From: Acidimicrobiaceae bacterium
GTDB lineage: Bacteria; Actinomycetota; Acidimicrobiia; Acidimicrobiales; Ilumatobacteraceae
Direction: 5' to 3'
DNA length: 30,792 bases
Assembly (NCBI GenBank): GCA_947458565.1
Contig: CANGZK010000001.1
Span: 1-30,792 of the forward strand
The position numbers and the translations under genes were made by a program. The notes under the pieces were generated by a model that was given only the letters and a program-made list of their open reading frames with translations, was not told where the DNA came from and ran no database searches. Positions 17,346 to 25,206 of the stretch are shown piece after piece. Every line of letters begins with the position of its first letter. Position 1 is the stretch's first letter.

Positions 17346-18192
17346 TTCAACGGGTTTCCTCGCCATTGATATTGGCGGAACAAAGCTTGCTGTTGGCGTG
17401 GTGTCCACGAGCGGTGAACTGTTGTCGCGGATGCAAACCCAAACGCCTGTATCGGACGTATGGGGAGCACTCAAAAAACTGATTGATGCACAAATGTTGC
17501 AAACCGACGTGCGCATTGAGGCATGCGGTGTGGGATGCGGCGGACCAATGACACTGGGTGGGGAAAGCGTCTCTCCATTAAACATCCCCGATTGGAGAGG
17601 CTTCGGTTTGCTCGCGGCCGTTGAAAGTGCGACTGGATTAAAAACGTACATTGCAAATGATGCCCAAGCGTTGGTGCTTGGAGAAGTGTGGTGTGGGAGT
17701 GCCGTAGGAGTTTCGGATGTAATTGGAATGGTGGTATCGACTGGAGTCGGTGGAGGCATCGTTTTGAATAACAAGCTTGTGACGGGACGGCTTGGTAACG
17801 CTGGACATATCGGACACGTAATTGTTGAACCCGATGGCAGGTTGTGTGAGTGCGGGGCCCACGGATGTTTGGAAGCGCATGTTTCCGGCAGATCGATTGA
17901 AGCGATAACCGGAAAATCGAGTGAGCATGCCACGAATGAAGTCAAGACGGAGGCTGGGAAACTGGTTGGGCGAGCACTCGTGTCGGTGGGAGCGCTCATG
18001 GATTTGCAACTCTGCGTGATCGGAGGTTCGGTCGCCCTGGGATTCGGTGATCCATTCTTTAATGCCGTACAGCACGAGCTTGACCGCTCGGCGCGGCTTG
18101 AATTTATTCGTGGAATGAAGGTGCTGCCCGTTGGTCTGGGAGATGCAGCACCATTGATTGGCGCTGCGAGTCTGGCCAGGTCTTCGTACTAG
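17329..18192 (+). CDS. ROK-family sugar kinase (glucokinase/NagK-like)
   Basis: AIDIGGTK, NDA, STGVGGG, AGHIGH and the Zn motif CECGAHGCLE. No N-terminal HTH, so it is a kinase and not a repressor. Start uncertain (TTG 17329 or ATG 17305). Confidence 0.9.
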   Translation: MAKTFNSTGFLAIDIGGTKLAVGVVSTSGELLSRMQTQTPVSDVWGALKKLIDAQMLQTDVRIEACGVGCGGPMTLGGESVSPLNIPDWRGFGLLAAVESATGLKTYIANDAQALVLGEVWCGSAVGVSDVIGMVVSTGVGGGIVLNNKLVTGRLGNAGHIGHVIVEPDGRLCECGAHGCLEAHVSGRSIEAITGKSSEHATNEVKTEAGKLVGRALVSVGALMDLQLCVIGGSVALGFGDPFFNAVQHELDRSARLEFIRGMKVLPVGLGDAAPLIGAASLARSSY

Positions 18193-18203
18193 CGTAAAGA
18201 CTC

Positions 18204-19424
18204 ATGAACCCGACATACAGCGCAGCGGCGGAAGAGTATCGCGAAAAAGTACAGGCATTTTTGGCCGAGAAGTTGCCTCCAAATTGGAAGGGCATTGGCG
18301 CACTCACCGGCGATGCGCTTGAGCATTTCATCACCGAATGGCGCGCGACACTTTTTTCATCTGGATACCTTGCTCCTGGTTGGCCAGTCGAGTTTGGTGG
18401 TGGCGGTTTGTCGGAACTTGAGCAAGTCATCATCGCCGAAGAGTTTGCTCGCGCTGGTGTACCAACCGGAGGACATAACGACGTGTTCAGCATTCAAATG
18501 CTCGGCAACACGTTGTTGCTGTTTGGTACCGAAGAGCAAAAGCGTCATTACTTGCCTCGCTTGCTCGCTGGCGAAGATACGTGGTGTCAGGGTTACAGCG
18601 AACCAAACGCTGGAAGCGACTTATCAAATGTTGGTTTGCGTGCAGAGTTGGACGGCGATCAATGGGTATTGAATGGACAAAAGATTTGGACATCAGCGGG
18701 TCATCTAGCTGATCATATTTTTACGCTTGCACGAACAGATCCAGATGCGCCAAAACATAAGGGCATTTCATTTTTGCTCGTTGACATGAGGCAACCTGGT
18801 GTCGAAGTGCGACCCATCAAGATGTTGTCTGGTGAGAGCGAATTTAATGAAGTGTTCTACACAGACGCTGTCGTGCCAAAAGAAAATGTCGTTGGCGGAG
18901 TAAACAACGGTTGGGCAGTTGCCATGGGTCTGCTTGGCTTTGAACGCGGGGCTGCGGCTTCGATTGCACCGATTGCTTTTGAGGCTGAGTTTGATCGATT
19001 GCTACAACTTGCGAAAGATCGCGGTGTCAGCAATGACCCACGCATTCGCCAAAAACTGGCGTGGTGTTATTCCAAAGTCCAGGTGATGCGTTACTTGGGC
19101 ATGCGCACATTGACAAAGTTTCTGGCCGGACATCATCCTGGTCCGGACGGTGCAATCTTTAAGTTGTACTGGAGCGAATACCACAAGATCGTCACCGAGT
19201 TGGGTGTGGATCTTTTGGGAATGGATGCAATGGTTCCGACAGGTCGGAAACCTTCGAGCGCATTCTCGACAGACGATGCTGGCGCGCCAAATGATTCAAT
19301 GAGTTGGACAATGACGTTCTTGAACGCTCGCGCAGGAACTATCTATGCGGGTTCGTCTCAGGTACAACGCAACATCATTGGTGAAATGGTGTTGGGTCTA
19401 CCCAAGGAACCAAAGCCGGGCTGA
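18204..19424 (+). CDS. Acyl-CoA dehydrogenase family protein (FadE-like)
   Basis: WCQGYSEPNAGSDL, LNGQKIWTS, FNEVFY, LGFERG and GTIYAGSSQVQRNII motifs. Confidence 0.93.
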   Translation: MNPTYSAAAEEYREKVQAFLAEKLPPNWKGIGALTGDALEHFITEWRATLFSSGYLAPGWPVEFGGGGLSELEQVIIAEEFARAGVPTGGHNDVFSIQMLGNTLLLFGTEEQKRHYLPRLLAGEDTWCQGYSEPNAGSDLSNVGLRAELDGDQWVLNGQKIWTSAGHLADHIFTLARTDPDAPKHKGISFLLVDMRQPGVEVRPIKMLSGESEFNEVFYTDAVVPKENVVGGVNNGWAVAMGLLGFERGAAASIAPIAFEAEFDRLLQLAKDRGVSNDPRIRQKLAWCYSKVQVMRYLGMRTLTKFLAGHHPGPDGAIFKLYWSEYHKIVTELGVDLLGMDAMVPTGRKPSSAFSTDDAGAPNDSMSWTMTFLNARAGTIYAGSSQVQRNIIGEMVLGLPKEPKPG

Positions 19425-19428
19425 TCTG

Positions 19429-19716
19429 ATGCTGGTTCTCCGCACGTATCTGAAGCTGATTGGTGCCGTCGTGGTGCGGCCCGGTTTGTGGATATCGGCG
19501 TTGCGTTCAGCTAAGCGTTTGGTGCCACGACAGTGGTGGCGACATGGTTCGCACCTACCAGTGCCGTCGCGAGCATATGTAGATTTTCGGTTGACAACGC
19601 AATATGGGTATGGGGTTGACCAACCAGAGATTGCCGACATTATCGACTATTTAGAGTGGTCAAAAGATTGGCACAGTACCGGAACGTCGATGCGTCGACG
19701 ACTCTTCAAGGCATAA
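19429..19716 (+). CDS. Hypothetical protein (95 aa)
   Basis: Fills the gap between the acyl-CoA dehydrogenase (4-nt spacer) and the HNH gene (3-nt spacer). Protein-like sequence with a WWR...LPVPSRAYVDFRLTTQYG segment; start at ATG 19429. Confidence 0.7.
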   Translation: MLVLRTYLKLIGAVVVRPGLWISALRSAKRLVPRQWWRHGSHLPVPSRAYVDFRLTTQYGYGVDQPEIADIIDYLEWSKDWHSTGTSMRRRLFKA

Positions 19717-19719
19717 CTC

Positions 19720-20217
19720 ATGCGAAGCGCGCTTGTTTTAAATGCAACATACGAGCCGCTGAGTGTTGTTTCTGCGCGACGAGCTGTGTGTTTGGTGCTG
19801 TCAGACAAAGCCGAAATAATTGAAGATGATGGAACAGAGGTACATTCGGAAACGATGAGCATTCCTGGACCGCTCGTGATTCGACTGCGATACATGGTCA
19901 AGGTTCCGTATCACCGACGCACGGCACTCTCGCGTCGTGCAGTGTTTGCGCGAGATGATCACCGTTGTCAGTACTGCGGCGGAGTCGCCGACTCGATTGA
20001 CCATGTCATGCCGCGGTCGCGTGGCGGTATGCATATTTGGGAAAACGTGACAGCAGCATGTCGTCCTTGCAATTTGCGGAAGAGGGACAGAACGCCAGAA
20101 GAGGCTGGCATGTTGCTTGAGTCTCAGCCTCTTGCCCCACGTGAATTGGCCTGGATCACTGTGTCGGTTGGACGTGTGCCCGACGAGTGGAAGCAGTATC
20201 TTGCCGCTGCATCCTGA
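19720..20217 (+). CDS. HNH endonuclease (small actinobacterial LVLNAxYEPL type)
   Basis: LVLNATYEPL N-terminus, CQYCG, IDHVMPRSRGG, WENVTAAC..CNLRK. Confidence 0.92.
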   Translation: MRSALVLNATYEPLSVVSARRAVCLVLSDKAEIIEDDGTEVHSETMSIPGPLVIRLRYMVKVPYHRRTALSRRAVFARDDHRCQYCGGVADSIDHVMPRSRGGMHIWENVTAACRPCNLRKRDRTPEEAGMLLESQPLAPRELAWITVSVGRVPDEWKQYLAAAS

Positions 20218-20929
20218 GTCGACATGGCTTGTGCACGACGTGCATACAACTGCAACTGAGCAACATGGGCGAGATCTTCCTGCCGAGAGAAGTGTGTGGA
20301 ATGTAGACGTCACTGTTCCTGCGATTGTTTTGGGCTCGCGTCAAACAGAGACCGAACTCAATATCGAAGCATGTGAGAAAGCAAACGTAGAAATAGTGCG
20401 CCGAAGAAGTGGTGGAGGGATGGTCTTTCTGTCGCCCGGCAAGCAGGTGTGGTTGGACGTGGTGATTCCTAGAAATGATCTGCTCTGGATAGATGATGTT
20501 GGGCAAGCTTCATGGTGGTTGGGTGAAGTTTGGTTAGCTGCAATCAAATCGCTTGCACCTTCAATAACTTTGCAGGCACATGTGCATCGCGAAAATCTGA
20601 GTATTGGCGAGCATGGCGATCTCGTGTGTTTTTCTGGTGTCGGACCAGGTGAGGTGATAGGTGTCGACTCTGAAGGCAGGCACGCAAAAATTGTTGGTAT
20701 CAGCCAGCGGCGCACCAAAGACGCAGCACGATTTCAATGCACGGTGTATTTGCATTGGGAAGCAGAGTTGTCACTACGGTTTTGTCAATTGCTCAGCGAT
20801 CCAAATGCCACACGGGATGGGCTCGCAGCAAATCTTGAACACAGCGTGATGCCCTTGAGCCAAATCGTCGCCGGCTTGTCGGCATCTGATGTAGTGGCTG
20901 CCTTTATGGCGCAAATAGCCCGCGCGTAA
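20201..20929 (+). CDS. Biotin/lipoate A/B protein ligase family protein (LplA-like catalytic domain only)
   Basis: VLGSRQ, VRRRSGGGMV, CFSGVGPGEV and KIVGISQRR motifs. Start uncertain (TTG 20201 or GTG 20231). Confidence 0.85.
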   Translation: MPLHPESTWLVHDVHTTATEQHGRDLPAERSVWNVDVTVPAIVLGSRQTETELNIEACEKANVEIVRRRSGGGMVFLSPGKQVWLDVVIPRNDLLWIDDVGQASWWLGEVWLAAIKSLAPSITLQAHVHRENLSIGEHGDLVCFSGVGPGEVIGVDSEGRHAKIVGISQRRTKDAARFQCTVYLHWEAELSLRFCQLLSDPNATRDGLAANLEHSVMPLSQIVAGLSASDVVAAFMAQIARA

Positions 20930-21020
20930 CTCGCACTCAACAACATCCTCGAGCCGATGCTCGAGCAGATCTGTGATCCATGCCGTGGCTTCTGCATGCC
21001 TCAAACGAGAGTCCATAAAA

Positions 21021-21075
21021 AAGTGGAGAAAAGTGGGGGATAATGCTTGCAAGTGGGGGAAAGTGGGGATAATGT
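21021..21075 (+). promoter_or_regulatory. mraZ/dcw promoter with four AAGTGG MraZ-type boxes
   Basis: AAGTGG starts at 21021, 21031, 21051 and 21061 (10-nt phase). -35 TTGCAA (21047-21052), 17-nt spacer, -10 TAATGT (21070-21075). GTGG direct repeats at 10-nt spacing are the known MraZ operator. Confidence 0.85.
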
Positions 21076-21167
21076 AAAGCCACTTGGTGAGGGCGATGGC
21101 TCAAACCCAGTGGCAGCAAGGAAAAGAAGAGCAAAGCAGTAATGCAAAAACGGCAGCGGAGGCCACA

Positions 21168-21584
21168 GTGTTTGTAGGGGTGCATGAGCGTCAGTTGGAC
21201 CCAAAGGGTCGGCTTGGATTGCCTGCTTCGTTTCGTCCCCGTTTGGAACCCCGTTGTTACCTTTCGATTGGTCGCGATAAGTGCGTCGATATTTTGACGG
21301 CAGAGGCATTTGAGGCAGTTGCCAAAGATGCTGTTGAGAAGGTGCGATCTGGAGAGATGGATCGCAATCAGCAGCGTGCGCTTGCGAGCAACACATTTGA
21401 AGTTGTTGTTGATGCCCAAGGGCGCATCAACATCGATGAAATTTTGCGCGAATACGCGGGACTCACTTTGAATTCACGAGTCGTTGTCAGTGGCTCGTTC
21501 GATCGTGCAGAAATTTGGGACCCAACGCGCCATCAGCGCATCAGCGATGAAGGCCTGCAGCAAATTGCGGGCACTGGTCAATAG
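21168..21584 (+). CDS. mraZ: Division/cell wall cluster transcriptional repressor MraZ
   Basis: Two SpoVT-AbrB repeats (LDPKGRLGLP, VDAQGRINI). GTG 21168 with GGAGG SD gives the canonical MF.G N-terminus; an in-frame ATG at 21096 is also possible. Confidence 0.95.
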   Translation: MFVGVHERQLDPKGRLGLPASFRPRLEPRCYLSIGRDKCVDILTAEAFEAVAKDAVEKVRSGEMDRNQQRALASNTFEVVVDAQGRINIDEILREYAGLTLNSRVVVSGSFDRAEIWDPTRHQRISDEGLQQIAGTGQ

Positions 21585-21646
21585 AGAATCGGTCGAAGGG
21601 AGACAAGTCACGAACCAACGCAACGTGTAACAAGTTCGAGACCAAG

Positions 21647-21772
21647 GTTTCGCTCTTCAGCAGTCTTCCGGTGAGCAAGGTAGACAGCATCAACTCCGCC
21701 CGCTTCTATCTCGTACGCGCGGGGAGACATCCCGGCGGCACCGCGAGCCGGGGGACTGCTGAAGAGCGAAGC
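21647..21772 (+). ncRNA. Long hairpin in the mraZ-rsmH spacer; candidate divergent mraW RNA motif
   Basis: 21647-21672 pairs with 21747-21772: 26 contiguous pairs, 4 of them G-U, including 17 uninterrupted Watson-Crick pairs. An inner stem closes a CUUCUAUCUC-containing loop. It lies 50 nt upstream of rsmH (mraW). Confidence 0.6.
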
Positions 21773-21822
21773 ACAGGTGTCCTGAAGTTACGCAAAATTA
21801 TTGCGATCGTGAACAAATAATT

Positions 21823-22815
21823 ATGTCGAACTCGTTAAACAGTCGTGAAATTAGAACAGTGAATAGCTCGATTTCGTTTGGTCACGATCCAGTCATGGCT
21901 GCAGAGATCGTGGAAGTGTTTGCGCCAGTACCACACGGCGTCATCGTCGATGCAACGTTGGGCGGTGCTGGACACACGGTTCGATTGTTGAATGCTTATC
22001 CGTGGATGCGGGTGCTTGGCATTGATCAAGATCCAATTGCTATTGCGCATGGCCGCAAACTGGCTAGCGAACATGCCGAAATTGGCGATCGTTTGATGAT
22101 CGAGCAGGGACGTTTTGATGAGATGTCTTCGATGCTTGAGCGCAACAGCATCACCGAGATTTCTGGAGCGCTTTTTGATCTGGGAGTTTCGTCGCCTCAG
22201 CTCGACATGGCGGATCGAGGATTTTCATATCGCAATGCTGGACCACTTGATATGCGCATGGACACCACGCAACAGCTCAGTGCTTCAGACGTGGTGAACT
22301 CGTATGACCTCGAACAACTGACACATGTTCTGAGAAATAATGCAGATGAGCGATTTGCTTATCGCATCAGCAAGGCAATCATTGCCGCGCGACCAATCAC
22401 GGACACGGTGCAATTGGCCGAGATTATTGCAGGGGCGATACCTGCTCCAGCGCGGCGAACTGGTGGCCACCCTGCGAAGCGCAGCTTTCAAGCAATTCGT
22501 ATTGAAGTCAATAAGGAGCTTGACATCTTGCCAAGCGCTCTGAATGAAGCAATTCGTGCAACGAGTCCTGGTGGACGCATTGCTGTGTTGTCGTATCACT
22601 CTGGAGAAGATCGCATTGTCAAGCAAGCGTTTAAAGATGCAGAGGCCGACCCGAAGATGCAAATAGTTGCATCCCCGTATCACCACCATGCATCGCCACT
22701 GCACAAACTCGTTCGCAAAGTTCGAGTGAGCGAGCGTCCGAGTGCGAATGAGATCGAAATTAACCCACGAGCTGCCTCGGCACGTTTGCGGGTCATTGAG
22801 AAAGTGAGTAGTTGA
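21823..22815 (+). CDS. rsmH: 16S rRNA m4C1402 methyltransferase RsmH (MraW)
   Basis: HDPVM, DATLGGAGH, DLGVSSPQLD, RGFSY, PLDMRMD, FQAIRIEVN, SYHSGEDRIVK and NPRAASARLR motifs. The start may be GTG 21859. Confidence 0.97.
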   Translation: MSNSLNSREIRTVNSSISFGHDPVMAAEIVEVFAPVPHGVIVDATLGGAGHTVRLLNAYPWMRVLGIDQDPIAIAHGRKLASEHAEIGDRLMIEQGRFDEMSSMLERNSITEISGALFDLGVSSPQLDMADRGFSYRNAGPLDMRMDTTQQLSASDVVNSYDLEQLTHVLRNNADERFAYRISKAIIAARPITDTVQLAEIIAGAIPAPARRTGGHPAKRSFQAIRIEVNKELDILPSALNEAIRATSPGGRIAVLSYHSGEDRIVKQAFKDAEADPKMQIVASPYHHHASPLHKLVRKVRVSERPSANEIEINPRAASARLRVIEKVSS

Positions 22816-22816
22816 G

Positions 22817-23308
22817 ATGGCGCTAGCGATTGCAGTTGAACGGAGGCCACTAACTGGCCCACGTCGAGTTCAGTCGACACCCCCTGAGCGCCATCTCACT
22901 CTCGTTCCTCAGGCGACTCGTCGAACAATTCGATTGTTTGCTGCGGGTGCTGTTGGTTTGTTTTTACTGATGAGTATCGCGATCGGTTTCCAGGCTGTCA
23001 TTGCTGAACAGCAATTGAAACTGGACCATGTTTCAGGTGAATTGCGTTTGGCAAAGTTGTATCAGGACCAACTGCGTCAAGAGCGTGCAGGTTTGCTTGC
23101 ACCAGAATATTTGCGCACACAGGCTGGCTTGCAGGGTATGGCGCAAGGTCTCGGCTCGCGATTCGTAGAAGTTCCACAAGATGTTGTGGCACAAGTAGTT
23201 ATTGCAACTGCATTGATGGACCCGACGATCGCAGAACCTTCCGCCATGTCGAGTTTTAATCCGCTTGCACCTCTCACCGCATTGCAACAAAAGCAGGTAA
23301 CACCGTGA
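22817..23308 (+). CDS. ftsL: Cell division protein FtsL-like
   Basis: Lies between rsmH and ftsI; basic N-terminus, a single TM helix, then a coiled-coil-like heptad region. Confidence 0.75.
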   Translation: MALAIAVERRPLTGPRRVQSTPPERHLTLVPQATRRTIRLFAAGAVGLFLLMSIAIGFQAVIAEQQLKLDHVSGELRLAKLYQDQLRQERAGLLAPEYLRTQAGLQGMAQGLGSRFVEVPQDVVAQVVIATALMDPTIAEPSAMSSFNPLAPLTALQQKQVTP

Positions 23309-25206
23309 GCGTTGTAGCTGGAGGTCGTGGTGGTCGAGTACCTATTTCGCGCGCACAGCCGCGACAAAAACCCCGTCAAAATGCCGCTGACGTAGTCAGA
23401 GATCGTGCTCGTACTTCGGTCACGGATTTTTACAAAAACCTGCAGGGCGGCAAGATTCGTTTTCGACTTGTTGCCATGTATGTGTTGATCTCGTTGTTAT
23501 TGATGACGCTGCTTGTTCGGGTTTCGTATTTGCAGACAATTGGTGCGAGTGCTTATCGCGAGGCCAGCGTGAGTCAACGGACTCGAATTTCTACGGCATT
23601 TGCAGAGCGCGGATCGATTCTTGACCGCAACGGTCTGGAGCTGGCCTTGCCAGTGCCAACACGAACGGTATTTGCTGATCCGCGAGTCATTGTCGACCCG
23701 GTTGCCACCGCGCGCGCAATTGCAGGTGTCCTTGGCATGTTGCCGGAAGATGAGTTGGTGCTTGCAGGCAAGCTTCAAAATACTGGATCAAGTTTTGTCT
23801 ATATTGCTCGGCAAGCTACGACAGAAGTTTCTACTGCGCTAACGGCTCTTAACCTTCCAGGAATTTCTTCGTACGCAGAACAAAGTCGAACGTTGACTTC
23901 GGATGGGTTGCGTGCACTTGTTGGTCGCACCGACATAGACGGTGTTGGAATTTCAGGCCTAGAAGAGCAATTCAATGTGCTGCTAGCCGGCACCGATGGT
24001 CGAATAGTGCGTGAAGTCAATAGTAAGGGCCAATCAATACCTACTGGTGATGACTCGAGTCAAGTTGCAGTGCCAGGTCAAGATCTGGTGACGACGATTG
24101 ATCGAAATATTCAATTTCAAGTGGATGCAATTGTTACTCAGCAGATTACTCGACTCAACGCTCGTGGTGGCACAGCGATTGTGATGGATTCAACGACAGG
24201 TGAAATTTATGCGATGTCGACAATTCGAAAAAACACGGATGGAACCTACTCCGCAGACTCTGGCAACTTTGCAGCAGTGGACGCGTATGAACCTGGTTCG
24301 GTGGCAAAGGTGTTTAGCATCTCTGCCGCGCTAAACGAAGGAAAAGTGGAACCGAACTCGGTATTCAAGGTTGCAGGTAAGCAGGTGTTTAACGCAGGAA
24401 CAAAATGGGCGCAGACAATTACTGATGCGTACCCGCACGGACTTGAAGACATGACCGTTCGCAAGATCATTGTTGACTCATCGAACCTCGGAACAGTGCA
24501 GATCGCCCAGACAATGCCACCAGAGAAGTTGCACGAGTATTTCGAAAGGTATGGATTTGGTGCCAAGACTGACCTCAATTACCCGGGGGAGAGCAAGGGC
24601 CTTCTCAAGTCATTTAATGATTTACGTGGCACCGAAAAGTTTACGACTGCATATGGTTATGGATATTCATCAAGTGCATTGCAGTTGATCGCCGGAGTCA
24701 ATGTTGTTGCCAATAATGGTGTCTATGTTGCGCCACGGCTTGTCAATTCAGTGATCGACTTAGATGGCATTAATCAACCAAGTACGCCATCGGCTACTCA
24801 CACTGTGATCAAACCAGAAGTGGCTGCAACAATGCGTTCGATGATGAGTGATGTCGTCTGCTTTGGAACTGCTGCACTTGCAAAGGTGCCAGGCATGACT
24901 GTTGCTGGAAAGACAGGAACTGGTTACAAACGACAAGACAATGGCACGTACATCAAGGACGATGGATCCCGAGCATATTTTGCGTCGTTCGTTGGCTTCT
25001 TGCCTGCAGAAAAACCACGCTTCACCGTGCTTGTGTCAATTGACGAACCAGATCCAGCATCACGCGACCGTTTTGGTGGCACTGCTGCTGCACCAGTTTT
25101 TGCCAGCATCGCTCAAGTACTCATCAACGAACTTGATATTCGACCAGCTGCAACGGATATGGGTTGTCCAAAGGAGCGCCCTGCCGAGTTGGGTGCTGCG
25201 CACTAA
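23305..25206 (+). CDS. ftsI: Class B penicillin-binding protein FtsI (division transpeptidase)
   Basis: RGSILDRNG dimerisation domain, SxxK (EPGSVAK), SxN (SSN) and KTG (AGKTGT) motifs. Confidence 0.96.
   Translation: MSVVAGGRGGRVPISRAQPRQKPRQNAADVVRDRARTSVTDFYKNLQGGKIRFRLVAMYVLISLLLMTLLVRVSYLQTIGASAYREASVSQRTRISTAFAERGSILDRNGLELALPVPTRTVFADPRVIVDPVATARAIAGVLGMLPEDELVLAGKLQNTGSSFVYIARQATTEVSTALTALNLPGISSYAEQSRTLTSDGLRALVGRTDIDGVGISGLEEQFNVLLAGTDGRIVREVNSKGQSIPTGDDSSQVAVPGQDLVTTIDRNIQFQVDAIVTQQITRLNARGGTAIVMDSTTGEIYAMSTIRKNTDGTYSADSGNFAAVDAYEPGSVAKVFSISAALNEGKVEPNSVFKVAGKQVFNAGTKWAQTITDAYPHGLEDMTVRKIIVDSSNLGTVQIAQTMPPEKLHEYFERYGFGAKTDLNYPGESKGLLKSFNDLRGTEKFTTAYGYGYSSSALQLIAGVNVVANNGVYVAPRLVNSVIDLDGINQPSTPSATHTVIKPEVAATMRSMMSDVVCFGTAALAKVPGMTVAGKTGTGYKRQDNGTYIKDDGSRAYFASFVGFLPAEKPRFTVLVSIDEPDPASRDRFGGTAAAPVFASIAQVLINELDIRPAATDMGCPKERPAELGAAH

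Noticed and set aside
19720-20217. HNH gene as a homing endonuclease, intron or CRISPR-associated nuclease
   Set aside because: It is a free-standing small gene in an operon, with no interrupted host gene, repeat array or terminal repeats.
20224-20259. 11-aa Cys-containing ORF MACARRAYNCN as a RiPP or leader peptide
   Set aside because: It is out of frame inside the 5' end of the ligase-like gene, has no SD and has no modifying enzymes nearby; most likely chance.
21647-21772. Inverted repeat as an IS or MITE end pair
   Set aside because: No target-site duplication, no transposase and no second copy in the window, and the G-U pattern favours RNA structure. It cannot be fully excluded without the whole genome.
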